From: an uncultured Dehalococcoidia bacterium
GTDB lineage: Bacteria; Chloroflexota; Dehalococcoidia; Lucifugimonadales; UBA3495
Assembly (NCBI GenBank): GCA_964451445.1
Contig: CAYVIG010000001.1
Location: 1-47,062 of the forward strand
Direction: 5' to 3'
DNA length: 47,062 nucleotides
The translations under genes and the position numbers were made by a program. This document shows, one piece after another, positions 16,415-23,608 of the stretch. The notes beneath the pieces are model-generated. The model was not told the origin of the DNA and searched no databases. It worked only from the letters and a program-made list of their open reading frames with translations. Position 1 is the first letter of the stretch; every line of letters starts with the position of its first letter.

Positions 16415-16852
16415 TATCCATTTAATTTAAAGAGTGAACTGATTGACTAGTGATGCATAGCTAGTTATGATGTTATCTTGTGAAACCTGTGGACTTCTAC
16501 TCAACAAGGGTATGCAGGTAAACTGTTGTTGTTGTGATTTGTCTTCTCTCTAATGAGGTCGATAATGATGTAACCATCAAACAGTTGTAGTGGGTGAATA
16601 TAACAAAGATGAGAATCTCTTGTTGCGGTGTTATCATGGTAAAAGAGTTTATAGTCTCTAGCCCTGATATATTAATGGTGTAGTGCCTAACACAATGTAA
16701 GTAGTTAGCTATCTATTTATGAGTGTTGTACCGACAGGTATTTAATATAACATCGATAGGTCGAAAGACCAGTCAAACTATCCCTACTTGCAGGTATTCT
16801 CAAAGCCTGTCACACACTCTTTATTTAACTTAAACCAATAGGGAGTATTATC

Positions 16853-16990
16853 ATGGACAATAGAAGAATTTCAAACTTTCGCCCAGTGGGTGAGAATATT
16901 ATTAAGGCAGATGCTGTATTATCTGCTTGGAAGAATTATTGTAGAGAATCAAGAATTTATAGAATACTAGAGTTTTTTGGACTCAGATAA
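16853..16990 (+). CDS. Small hypothetical protein (45 aa), not in the ORF track
   Basis: ATG at 16853 follows GGGAG. It translates MDNRRISNFRPVGENIIKADAVLSAWKNYCRESRIYRILEFFGLR. The stop lies 9 nt before the parB-like start. Confidence 0.4.
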   Translation: MDNRRISNFRPVGENIIKADAVLSAWKNYCRESRIYRILEFFGLR

Positions 16991-16999
16991 GGAGTTAGA

Positions 17000-17764
17000 A
17001 TGGCAAGTATCAAAAGAAGCAAAGACTACGAAATGTTTCATTTAATGGAAGAGAACAGAGACCAGAGTAAATATCACTCTCATACTGCTAATCTTCTTAA
17101 ATCAATGGAAGTAGTTGGTAATGTAACTGACCTCATACCAATAGTAGTTAAACCACTAGATAAGAAATATGCTGATAAGGAACATCCTGATGGCAAATAT
17201 CCTATCTGGAATGGTCAGTTTAGGTTTGTTAGTATCAAACTTAAGAATGATTGGGTGTATTATGTGGTTGACGAGAAAGATAGACTCAAAGCTGAGCACT
17301 TACATTGGATTAATGTATCCAAGAGCTGGACATACGATGATTATATGAATTATTATTGTAAGCTAGGCTTTAAAGAATACGCTGTGTATGCTGGTTTTAA
17401 GAAAAGAAGTGGATGGAGTCATAATTCGGTTATGACATTACTAGCAGGTAATACTAAAGGTATTGCATCTGCTTTCAAAGCTGGTACATTTGTGATGCTT
17501 AGAAGTGTGGCTGAAGCAAACGCTATCATTGAGATGATTAATGAGTTTAGTACTATATTTAAATATTATAAGCAAAGAGGCTTTATTGTTGCGATGCTTA
17601 GAATAATTGAGAATGTACCTGACTATAATCATGACCAGATGATGCGTAAGATGGATTATTTAAGTGAGCGTCTTGTTCGTTGTCCAGATACAGAATCTTA
17701 CATTCGGTTGTTAGAGAAGTTATATAACTTTAAGACAACTGGTGCATATGTAAGGTTTATTTGA
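17000..17764 (+). CDS. ParB/Srx-fold N-terminal-domain protein (254 aa)
   Basis: ENRD ... LLKSMEVVGNVTDLIPIVV ... YPIWNGQFRFVSIK fits the ParB N-domain pattern (NPR ... L..SI...G...PI.V ... Y.i.dGhhR..A). AAGGAG SD. Confidence 0.6.
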   Translation: MASIKRSKDYEMFHLMEENRDQSKYHSHTANLLKSMEVVGNVTDLIPIVVKPLDKKYADKEHPDGKYPIWNGQFRFVSIKLKNDWVYYVVDEKDRLKAEHLHWINVSKSWTYDDYMNYYCKLGFKEYAVYAGFKKRSGWSHNSVMTLLAGNTKGIASAFKAGTFVMLRSVAEANAIIEMINEFSTIFKYYKQRGFIVAMLRIIENVPDYNHDQMMRKMDYLSERLVRCPDTESYIRLLEKLYNFKTTGAYVRFI

Positions 17765-17774
17765 CCATCAAAGA

Positions 17775-17842
17775 GAGAATAGGTTCTGACAGTATAATGT
17801 GATTAATTAGTAAGGTCTGACTGTACTTACTAGCCTATTCTC
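17775..17842 (+). promoter_or_regulatory. 9-bp inverted repeat GAGAATAGG / CCTATTCTC bracketing a sigma70-like promoter candidate
   Basis: Arms are at 17775-17783 and 17834-17842, with 50 nt between them. The loop holds cTGACA (17786-91), a 16-nt spacer and TAGTAA (17808-13). It also holds an internal 7-bp hairpin, TAGTAAG..CTTACTA. Confidence 0.4.
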
Positions 17843-17862
17843 AAATTTAAAGGAGTGTGATT

Positions 17863-18048
17863 ATGTCAGTTGATATAACCAAAGAGAAGTTCGATGAGTA
17901 TAAGAGAGTGCAGATGAGTGGTGAGTTTAATATGTTTGACCCACAAGCTAGAGCAATGACCGATTTGACTAAGGATGAATGGGTTACTATAATGCGAGAA
18001 TATGGAAAATTAAATGATGCTTGGGGTAAAGATGAAGATGACGGATGA
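17863..18048 (+). CDS. Hypothetical protein (61 aa)
   Basis: The ORF track frame begins at GTG 17857. I prefer the ATG at 17863, 7 nt after AGGAG. Confidence 0.65.
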   Translation: MSVDITKEKFDEYKRVQMSGEFNMFDPQARAMTDLTKDEWVTIMREYGKLNDAWGKDEDDG

Positions 18049-18283
18049 TGTTCCAAAGGTTGTAGACTATGATTATTGTGGTGACAAGGTAGTTAATGAT
18101 TTAGTCTTTAGACATATTGAAAGAGCAATAGAGTCTAATAAGAAATATAAAGACGGTGGTATTCATAACAGACATGAGAGTTTAGAACAATGGGTTCAAG
18201 AAGCTCTTGAGGAAGCTATGGATATGTCTGTGTATTTATGTAGAATGTTAGATGTATTAAAAACAATAAAAGCAAAGGAGTAA
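18014..18283 (+). CDS. Hypothetical protein (up to 89 aa; start uncertain)
   Basis: ORF track. Alternative in-frame ATGs at 18032 and 18038 would reduce the overlap with the upstream gene. Confidence 0.6.
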   Translation: MMLGVKMKMTDDVPKVVDYDYCGDKVVNDLVFRHIERAIESNKKYKDGGIHNRHESLEQWVQEALEEAMDMSVYLCRMLDVLKTIKAKE

Positions 18284-18286
18284 AAC

Positions 18287-18922
18287 ATGGGATTCGATGT
18301 ATATGGAGTTAATCCTAAAATAGTACAAGAGTATCCACCAAGATATGAAGAAATAATGAAAGAATATGGTAGTGATGGATGGTTAGACTGGACTAAAGAT
18401 ATACCTGATGATGTAAAGAATGAATATTTTGATATTAAATCAGAGTATGAAGAACATAATGTTGGATATTATTTCAGAAACAATGTATGGTGGTGGAGAC
18501 CATTATGGTCATTTGTATGTGCGTCATGTAATGATTTCTTAAGCGATAAAGATATGGAAGGTGGTTCTTATAATGACGGCAGAAAGATTGCTAAGTATAA
18601 AGCTATTAAAATAGGTAAGAGATTATCTGAATTATTAGCAGATGGTACTGTAGATGCAACGGAAAAAGATTATACAGTTAGAGCGGCTGAAGCAAATATA
18701 CATAATGCAGGTGTACAAAAAGAGTTAGATAAAATAACTAAAGAGTGTAAAAAGAAACACGGTGATAATTTAGTACCTAGAGATTACCCAGAGCCTTATA
18801 AGACTCAATGGAATGATGCTTATGCTAAGAAATCATGGTCATCCGATTATCCATTCAATAAAGAGAATATAAGCAATTTTGCTAAGTTCTGCCTTAATTC
18901 AGGAGGGTTTGAGATATGTTAA
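18287..18922 (+). CDS. Hypothetical protein (211 aa)
   Basis: ORF track. AAGGAG SD. No motif recognised. Confidence 0.75.
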   Translation: MGFDVYGVNPKIVQEYPPRYEEIMKEYGSDGWLDWTKDIPDDVKNEYFDIKSEYEEHNVGYYFRNNVWWWRPLWSFVCASCNDFLSDKDMEGGSYNDGRKIAKYKAIKIGKRLSELLADGTVDATEKDYTVRAAEANIHNAGVQKELDKITKECKKKHGDNLVPRDYPEPYKTQWNDAYAKKSWSSDYPFNKENISNFAKFCLNSGGFEIC

Positions 18923-19155
18923 GACCTGGAATATATAGTACTCAGAAAAATAGTATATTGAAACACTTACGAAATCATGGAGAGCTAACGCCATTAGATG
19001 CTTTAGAGCAGTATGGTTGCTTTAGATTAGCAGCTGTTATACATACTTTAAGGCAAGAGGGTCATAAAATAAGAACAAAGAAAATGACCCGCAAAGGTAA
19101 GACATTCGCTTCCTACAAATTAGAGGCTTCGGTCTCTAGTACTAATGCAAGATAA
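18916..19155 (+). CDS. Winged-helix / HTH DNA-binding protein candidate (79 aa)
   Basis: ..LTPLDALEQYGCFRLAAVIHTLRQEGHKIRT.. fits the pattern of small phage HTH proteins (T..eA....G..RLaarI..Lr..G..I). GGAGGG SD. Confidence 0.5.
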   Translation: MLRPGIYSTQKNSILKHLRNHGELTPLDALEQYGCFRLAAVIHTLRQEGHKIRTKKMTRKGKTFASYKLEASVSSTNAR

Positions 19156-19177
19156 ACTCTGCAATTAGATGGATGCA

Positions 19178-19208
19178 AGGAGGGATGGGTCTCGGTTCTG
19201 TCCCTCCT
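19178..19208 (+). terminator. GC-rich hairpin after the HTH gene (terminator candidate)
   Basis: AGGAGGGA - 15 nt - TCCCTCCT forms a perfect 8-bp stem. The downstream AAUCUUU is only weakly U-rich. Confidence 0.4.
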
Positions 19209-19214
19209 AATCTT

Positions 19215-19306
19215 TAAGGCTTATCTTGATATTCACACGTAAAATAGTTAAATAGATAACAATAAAAGTTGTTGTTTTTTGATTAATGTTTATAGGATAA
19301 GCCTTA
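19215..19306 (+). promoter_or_regulatory. 11-bp inverted repeat TAAGGCTTATC / GATAAGCCTTA bracketing a sigma70-like promoter candidate
   Basis: Arms are at 19215-19225 and 19296-19306, with 70 nt between them. The loop holds TTGATA (19226-31), a 17-nt spacer and TAAATA (19249-54). Confidence 0.4.
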
Positions 19307-19389
19307 TGTCATTATGTCATTGAAGCTTTAAGTCTTTTATCTAAGTACATATATAAGTAAATTTATAACCTAATAAGGGGTGTTATATT

Positions 19390-20127
19390 ATGATTAATAT
19401 TGAAGAAATGTATCATGAATACCTACTGGAAGAAGGGAAGGGTCACAAACAGAAATATGAAAAGTATGATGGATGGTTTAGTGCCTCATCAGCTGGTTCT
19501 TGTCATCGTAAACAGTGGTATAAGATAAATAATTATGAAGAAGCAGAGCATGCAATTAGACCATTAAGAGTAATGAGACTTGGTACATTAGTACATAAGG
19601 ACATTGAAAAGGCTATTGAATTTTATGAAAAGAAATATCCTGACTTATTTGGTGATAAAAAAATAAAATTTTATTCAGAACATAGAATAGAGTTACCAGA
19701 TATTAATGTAGTAGGTCATTTAGATATAGCAGTTCACGCTAATAAACTATATGTATATGATTTAAAAACTGCACATAGCTTTAAATGGAAGAAAGTATTT
19801 GGAAGAAACGTAGACCCTAAGCCATCAGTCAACTATCAATTACAATTAGGCACTTATGCTCTAGGTATGATAAATGAAATAGATAATTATGTTAGAGGTG
19901 ATGAATCCTTAGAGATTGGTTTAATATGGTATAAAAAAGATGATAGCATGATGAAGGTACAAATAATAGATAATGCATGGGTAGATAATGCTTTATTCTA
20001 TTGGGTTGAATTAAATGAAGCCTTAGAAAATGATAAAGTACCTGAAGTTGGTGATTATAATACACCAGTTAGTAATTGGGAATGTAAATATTGTCCCTAT
20101 CATAAAATACATTGTGAAGGAGTATAA
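19390..20127 (+). CDS. Cas4-like PD-(D/E)XK exonuclease with Fe-S cysteines (245 aa)
   Basis: GHLDIAV ... VYDLKT gives the D ... D-x-K nuclease core. One N-terminal Cys (SAGSCHRKQWY) and a C-terminal C-x2-C-x5-C (CKYCPYHKIHC) match the Cas4/AddB-type cluster. Confidence 0.75.
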   Translation: MINIEEMYHEYLLEEGKGHKQKYEKYDGWFSASSAGSCHRKQWYKINNYEEAEHAIRPLRVMRLGTLVHKDIEKAIEFYEKKYPDLFGDKKIKFYSEHRIELPDINVVGHLDIAVHANKLYVYDLKTAHSFKWKKVFGRNVDPKPSVNYQLQLGTYALGMINEIDNYVRGDESLEIGLIWYKKDDSMMKVQIIDNAWVDNALFYWVELNEALENDKVPEVGDYNTPVSNWECKYCPYHKIHCEGV

Positions 20128-20128
20128 A

Positions 20129-20398
20129 ATGGGAGTACCAGACACTGTTGATATTGAATGGGGTTATAGATTTCATGAAAACTGTCCTATCGATGTTAAT
20201 AAGCGTAATAAAATAGCAAAAATAATGAAAAATAAGGGCTATGAGCCTAAAGAAATAGAATTTCGGACTACAGGTATGAGATATGCTTACTGGAAGCCTG
20301 TATCGTGTATTTCTGAAATAAGTAAAGTAGCTCCAATTGATGAAGACGGTTTCGGTGATAGTGATTGTGGAGATTTATATTATTATCAATGGACATAA
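20129..20398 (+). CDS. Hypothetical protein (89 aa)
   Basis: The ORF track frame 20030..20398 overlaps the nuclease gene. I prefer the ATG at 20129, just after the nuclease stop and after GAAGGAG. Confidence 0.65.
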   Translation: MGVPDTVDIEWGYRFHENCPIDVNKRNKIAKIMKNKGYEPKEIEFRTTGMRYAYWKPVSCISEISKVAPIDEDGFGDSDCGDLYYYQWT

Positions 20399-20413
20399 AA
20401 TAAAGGAGGCTAT

Positions 20414-20986
20414 ATGCCAGAAAAGAAAAGCACATTTGATAAGCTTAACAGTATAAATGTAAATAGTTATACTGAAAAGAAAGGTCAATTTACCTATTTA
20501 AGTTGGGCATGGGCAGTTAGAGAGTTACTACAAGTATACCCTCATGCTACATGGACTATACATGAATGGGGAATAGAAGGTAGTCGTCAGCCATATATGC
20601 AGACTGAAGCAGGTTGTTTTGTTCAGGTTACTGTAGTGGTAGATGGTGTCGAAAGAACACAAGTACATCCTGTATTAGATAATCGTAATCAAACAATAGA
20701 AAATCCTAATGCGTTTCAAATTAATACATCCATTCAAAGATGTTTAGCTAAAGCAATAGCACTACATGGATTAGGATTGTATATCTTCGCAGGTGAAGAC
20801 CTTCCACAAACAACTCCACTTACCAAAGAACAAGCCAAAGCGTTACTAGATATTGCTAGTAAAATAAGCGATGATAAAGCATCTGAAGTAGCAAATGGAA
20901 TAGACAATGAAGTCGTTCATGCTGATAACTATGCTGTCACTCTTAAGTCTTTAGAAAGAAGGGCAAAGAGTAATGCAACTGCATGA
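20414..20986 (+). CDS. Rad52-like single-strand annealing protein (Sak/DUF1071 type, 190 aa)
   Basis: ..FTYLSWAWAVRELLQVYP.. and ..RCLAKAIALHGLGLYIFAGEDLP.. match the hallmark blocks of Sak/Rad52-family phage recombinases. AAGGAGG SD. Confidence 0.7.
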   Translation: MPEKKSTFDKLNSINVNSYTEKKGQFTYLSWAWAVRELLQVYPHATWTIHEWGIEGSRQPYMQTEAGCFVQVTVVVDGVERTQVHPVLDNRNQTIENPNAFQINTSIQRCLAKAIALHGLGLYIFAGEDLPQTTPLTKEQAKALLDIASKISDDKASEVANGIDNEVVHADNYAVTLKSLERRAKSNATA

Positions 20987-21209
20987 TGATGGAATATTAG
21001 AAGTTGGTAATTCATATACTGTTGGAACTAACGACGGAAGAGAAATTCCCGAAGTTCGATTTACAGGCATGAAATTACTGAATGGTAAACCAATGATGGT
21101 CTTTAGGACTGTCAGTAATAAAAAAGTATCTATAAATCCTAGTTTCTATACTTTTATTCTGGAAACAGATAAAGAGTTAGAACCAGTTTATGTAGATGAT
21201 GATTATTAA
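20973..21209 (+). CDS. Hypothetical protein (78 aa)
   Basis: ORF track. Lies within the operon. Confidence 0.6.
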   Translation: MQLHDDGILEVGNSYTVGTNDGREIPEVRFTGMKLLNGKPMMVFRTVSNKKVSINPSFYTFILETDKELEPVYVDDDY

Positions 21210-21224
21210 AGGAGTAAAATAGTA

Positions 21225-21500
21225 ATGGGAAAATTAACCATAGCAGAAGCTGAAAAGCTTAAAAAAGAAGGTGTTCTTACTGAAGGAACAATAAGAGAGA
21301 TGCAAGAATCTGGTTTAGTTAGTAGTCGTCAGCGTAATACACGCAGATATATGAAGACTGCTAATGGTAATTGGGTATGCCCTCAATTATACTTTCAAGG
21401 ATTAAATGGTAACGGATATAGCAAGAAAATGACAGAGTTCCGTGACAAGTTTAATTCTTTAGTTAGTGAGTACACCACTATTAGAACAAATAGCAAATAG
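21225..21500 (+). CDS. Hypothetical protein (91 aa)
   Basis: ORF track. AAGGAG SD. Confidence 0.65.
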   Translation: MGKLTIAEAEKLKKEGVLTEGTIREMQESGLVSSRQRNTRRYMKTANGNWVCPQLYFQGLNGNGYSKKMTEFRDKFNSLVSEYTTIRTNSK

Positions 21501-21508
21501 GAGTAAAA

Positions 21509-22084
21509 GTGAAGAATCTAGAAGGAACAGTAATAGGTAAAGGAGATGAACGCTCGCTGCCTATAATACCTGGAACATACCCAGCTCATGTATGTAATGT
21601 TGGAATTAACGAGTATAACGATAGTTTCGTTTACAATGTAACATTCCGAATAGCCCCGCAAGTAGAAACAGTACAAATTAATAAGATGACCAGAGAAAAT
21701 GGTGAACTTGTTCAAGTGCTTGATGCTGAAGGCAATCCACAGAAAATCACTGCTAGTTACTTAACAAGTAAAGAGTTTAGAGGTGATGGTGTATGGTTAA
21801 CGCCAGACCCTGGTGATGAGAAGTGGAAAAATAGAAAGTACAAAGCATACTTTGAATCTCTTGGAGTAGTATTTGAATCAGATGATAATGGCGATACAGT
21901 ACTAGGTCAAGTTGAAGAAGATGATGTACTTGGTCTTCCATGTCTTATTAAGATTGCTCAAGATGAGTATACTGATAAGAAAACTGGAGAACCAAAACAA
22001 GCATGGAAAGTGTTTAACGTTTATCCATGGGCTAGCGGTGAGAAGATAGATGTCGATGAAATCAAATCTGACGTACCGTTCTAA
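21509..22084 (+). CDS. ssDNA-binding-protein-like protein (191 aa)
   Basis: GTG start after AGGAG. The acidic C-terminal tail ends ..DVDEIKSDVPF, resembling the SSB C-terminal D-[DI]-[IV]-P-F tip. Sits next to the annealing-protein gene. The OB fold was not verified. Confidence 0.45.
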   Translation: MKNLEGTVIGKGDERSLPIIPGTYPAHVCNVGINEYNDSFVYNVTFRIAPQVETVQINKMTRENGELVQVLDAEGNPQKITASYLTSKEFRGDGVWLTPDPGDEKWKNRKYKAYFESLGVVFESDDNGDTVLGQVEEDDVLGLPCLIKIAQDEYTDKKTGEPKQAWKVFNVYPWASGEKIDVDEIKSDVPF

Positions 22085-22092
22085 ATAGGTAT

Positions 22093-22163
22093 ATAGGCTA
22101 GGTATTGCCAGTTACGGCTACAAATACTAGTATTGGTAGAGTAATGCTATGGCTCTAGCCTAT
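22093..22163 (+). promoter_or_regulatory. 9-bp inverted repeat ATAGGCTAG / CTAGCCTAT bracketing a sigma70-like promoter candidate
   Basis: Arms are at 22093-22101 and 22155-22163, with 53 nt between them. The loop holds TTGCCA (22105-10), a 17-nt spacer and TAGTAT (22128-33). The geometry matches the 17775-17842 element, and the right arm shares TAGCCTATT with it. Confidence 0.4.
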
Positions 22164-22386
22164 TTATTCTTATATTATACAGAGCGGTTGGTAACTCTGG
22201 ATAATCGATTCACCCCCTTTCCGCAACTACCACAGAGTATTAGCCGCTCAAAGCATTGGGGGACAGAAGTGCTTTTAGTTTGTAGGTAAAGGTATGTGAC
22301 TACTGGCTAATAAAGACATGGCACGTGAAGTGAAAGGTTGGCTCGGTGTTAGCTACCGTGTCCCTTAAATTTTTAAAGGAGTTAAA

Positions 22387-22791
22387 ATGTTATTTAATCT
22401 CAAACAAATAAGAGAAGCCGTTGATTACACTATTGGAGATGATGGCTTCAGAAGTCAAGAAGTAGTAGACATCCTAATATTAATGAAGAAGGAGGAATCT
22501 ATGCAGTCAAAAGAAGTGATGAATAGGTTAAATAATCCTCCTGTCGTAGATGGCAGAGATAAACCTATTGATTTAAATGATATGCCTAATGATATGGATG
22601 AAGAATTAGTTAAAGTTGCAATACATGGTATTGTAGAATCTGTCCTTACATCATATCAAGATAGAGATATTCATAAAAAATCTGTTCGTCATAATATAGC
22701 TAATGAAGTATTCAAATTAATTATAAATGAACAATTTGGATTAAAATTAGGTAATGTATTAAAAAGAATAGAAGGTAAAAAAGATGAGTAA
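22387..22791 (+). CDS. Hypothetical protein (134 aa)
   Basis: ORF track. AAGGAG SD. Confidence 0.75.
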   Translation: MLFNLKQIREAVDYTIGDDGFRSQEVVDILILMKKEESMQSKEVMNRLNNPPVVDGRDKPIDLNDMPNDMDEELVKVAIHGIVESVLTSYQDRDIHKKSVRHNIANEVFKLIINEQFGLKLGNVLKRIEGKKDE

Positions 22792-23041
22792 TCAAGGTAT
22801 AGCAACTATCAAATTATCAGAATCAGAAATACAATTAGTTCTTAATAGTTTAAGAATGTCAATATCAACTTTAGTGCCTTGTGTTGACAGTGGCGAATGG
22901 AAAGTACCTTATGAACAACTGGAAAAAGACTTTGTAAATATTCTAAAGCAATTAAGAGAATATAAAAGAGGTGTTCAAAATGACCAGAAAACGGAATCCA
23001 CTAGCGACCAAGAACCGCAACATTGCGAAACTTGCGACTAA
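22784..23041 (+). CDS. Hypothetical protein (85 aa)
   Basis: ORF track. 8-nt overlap with the upstream gene. Confidence 0.6.
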   Translation: MSNQGIATIKLSESEIQLVLNSLRMSISTLVPCVDSGEWKVPYEQLEKDFVNILKQLREYKRGVQNDQKTESTSDQEPQHCETCD

Positions 23042-23279
23042 AGCATTAAAAAATAAGTTTAGAGTAAAACCTGCGAAAGGGTATAAGTATATTAAAGACT
23101 TTACCCCTGGCTCTATATTTCAAACACAATCAGGTTTAAAAGGTATACTCATCGAGTGTACAGTAAATGCAAGAGTAATAATTGTTGATGCACCCTCCGT
23201 ACAAGAAGAAGATGTGAATTATTATTTAGGCAAACATATCATAGGAGCTGAAACAGAAGTCAAGGAGGTGTCTATATGA
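22980..23279 (+). CDS. Hypothetical basic protein (99 aa)
   Basis: The ORF track frame begins at GTG 22971. I prefer the ATG at 22980 after AGAGG. It overlaps the upstream ORF by 62 nt. Confidence 0.6.
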   Translation: MTRKRNPLATKNRNIAKLATKALKNKFRVKPAKGYKYIKDFTPGSIFQTQSGLKGILIECTVNARVIIVDAPSVQEEDVNYYLGKHIIGAETEVKEVSI

Positions 23280-23407
23280 TTGAAGGATTAGTTAAAATAG
23301 CAGGAAGTTTATTTGTTGGAGGTATAGGATTACTAATAATCTTATTGTGTTCAGTAATAGGCTTCGTATTAATTAAAGAGTTAATTGAATATATGAAAGA
23401 GAGGTAA
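23276..23407 (+). CDS. Small single-pass membrane protein (43 aa), not in the ORF track
   Basis: ATGA overlap with the previous stop, and AAGGAGG lies 7 nt upstream. It translates MIEGLVKIAGSLFVGGIGLLIILLCSVIGFVLIKELIEYMKER: a hydrophobic core with a charged C-terminus. Confidence 0.6.
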   Translation: MIEGLVKIAGSLFVGGIGLLIILLCSVIGFVLIKELIEYMKER

Positions 23408-23410
23408 CTC

Positions 23411-23608
23411 ATGGGAAAAATGGGATGGTTACACCATTTAGTACAAATAGCACACACTGATAAAGATGAAAAGAAAGAATTAGAAAAGTATTTAGGAGAA
23501 GATTGTAACTTTAGAAATCCAAAATTAGCTGCAGACCAATTCTTAAAAGCATATGCTGATTTAGAAAGAGATGCAAACAAAGTTAAAGAGTTATTTAAAG
23601 ATGAGTAA
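23411..23608 (+). CDS. Hypothetical protein (65 aa)
   Basis: ORF track. AGAGG SD. Confidence 0.6.
   Translation: MGKMGWLHHLVQIAHTDKDEKKELEKYLGEDCNFRNPKLAADQFLKAYADLERDANKVKELFKDE

Noticed and set aside
16440-16700. Two Cys-rich mini-ORFs in the long gap (MMLSCETCGLLLNKGMQVNCCCCDLSSL, 28 aa; MRISCCGVIMVKEFIVSSPDILMV, 24 aa)
   Set aside because: Neither has a Shine-Dalgarno, in a genome where nearly all genes have a strong one. They are very short and lie in different frames, so I treat them as non-coding unless ribosome profiling says otherwise.
22110-22165. tRNA-like fragment (..TACT-AGTATTGGTAG-AGTA.. resembles a D-arm with a GG-containing loop)
   Set aside because: There is no matching acceptor stem, no 7-nt anticodon loop and no GTTCRANYC T-loop nearby. 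The segment is better explained as an internal hairpin of the inverted-repeat module. I found no convincing tRNA anywhere in the window by eye; tRNAscan-SE should confirm.
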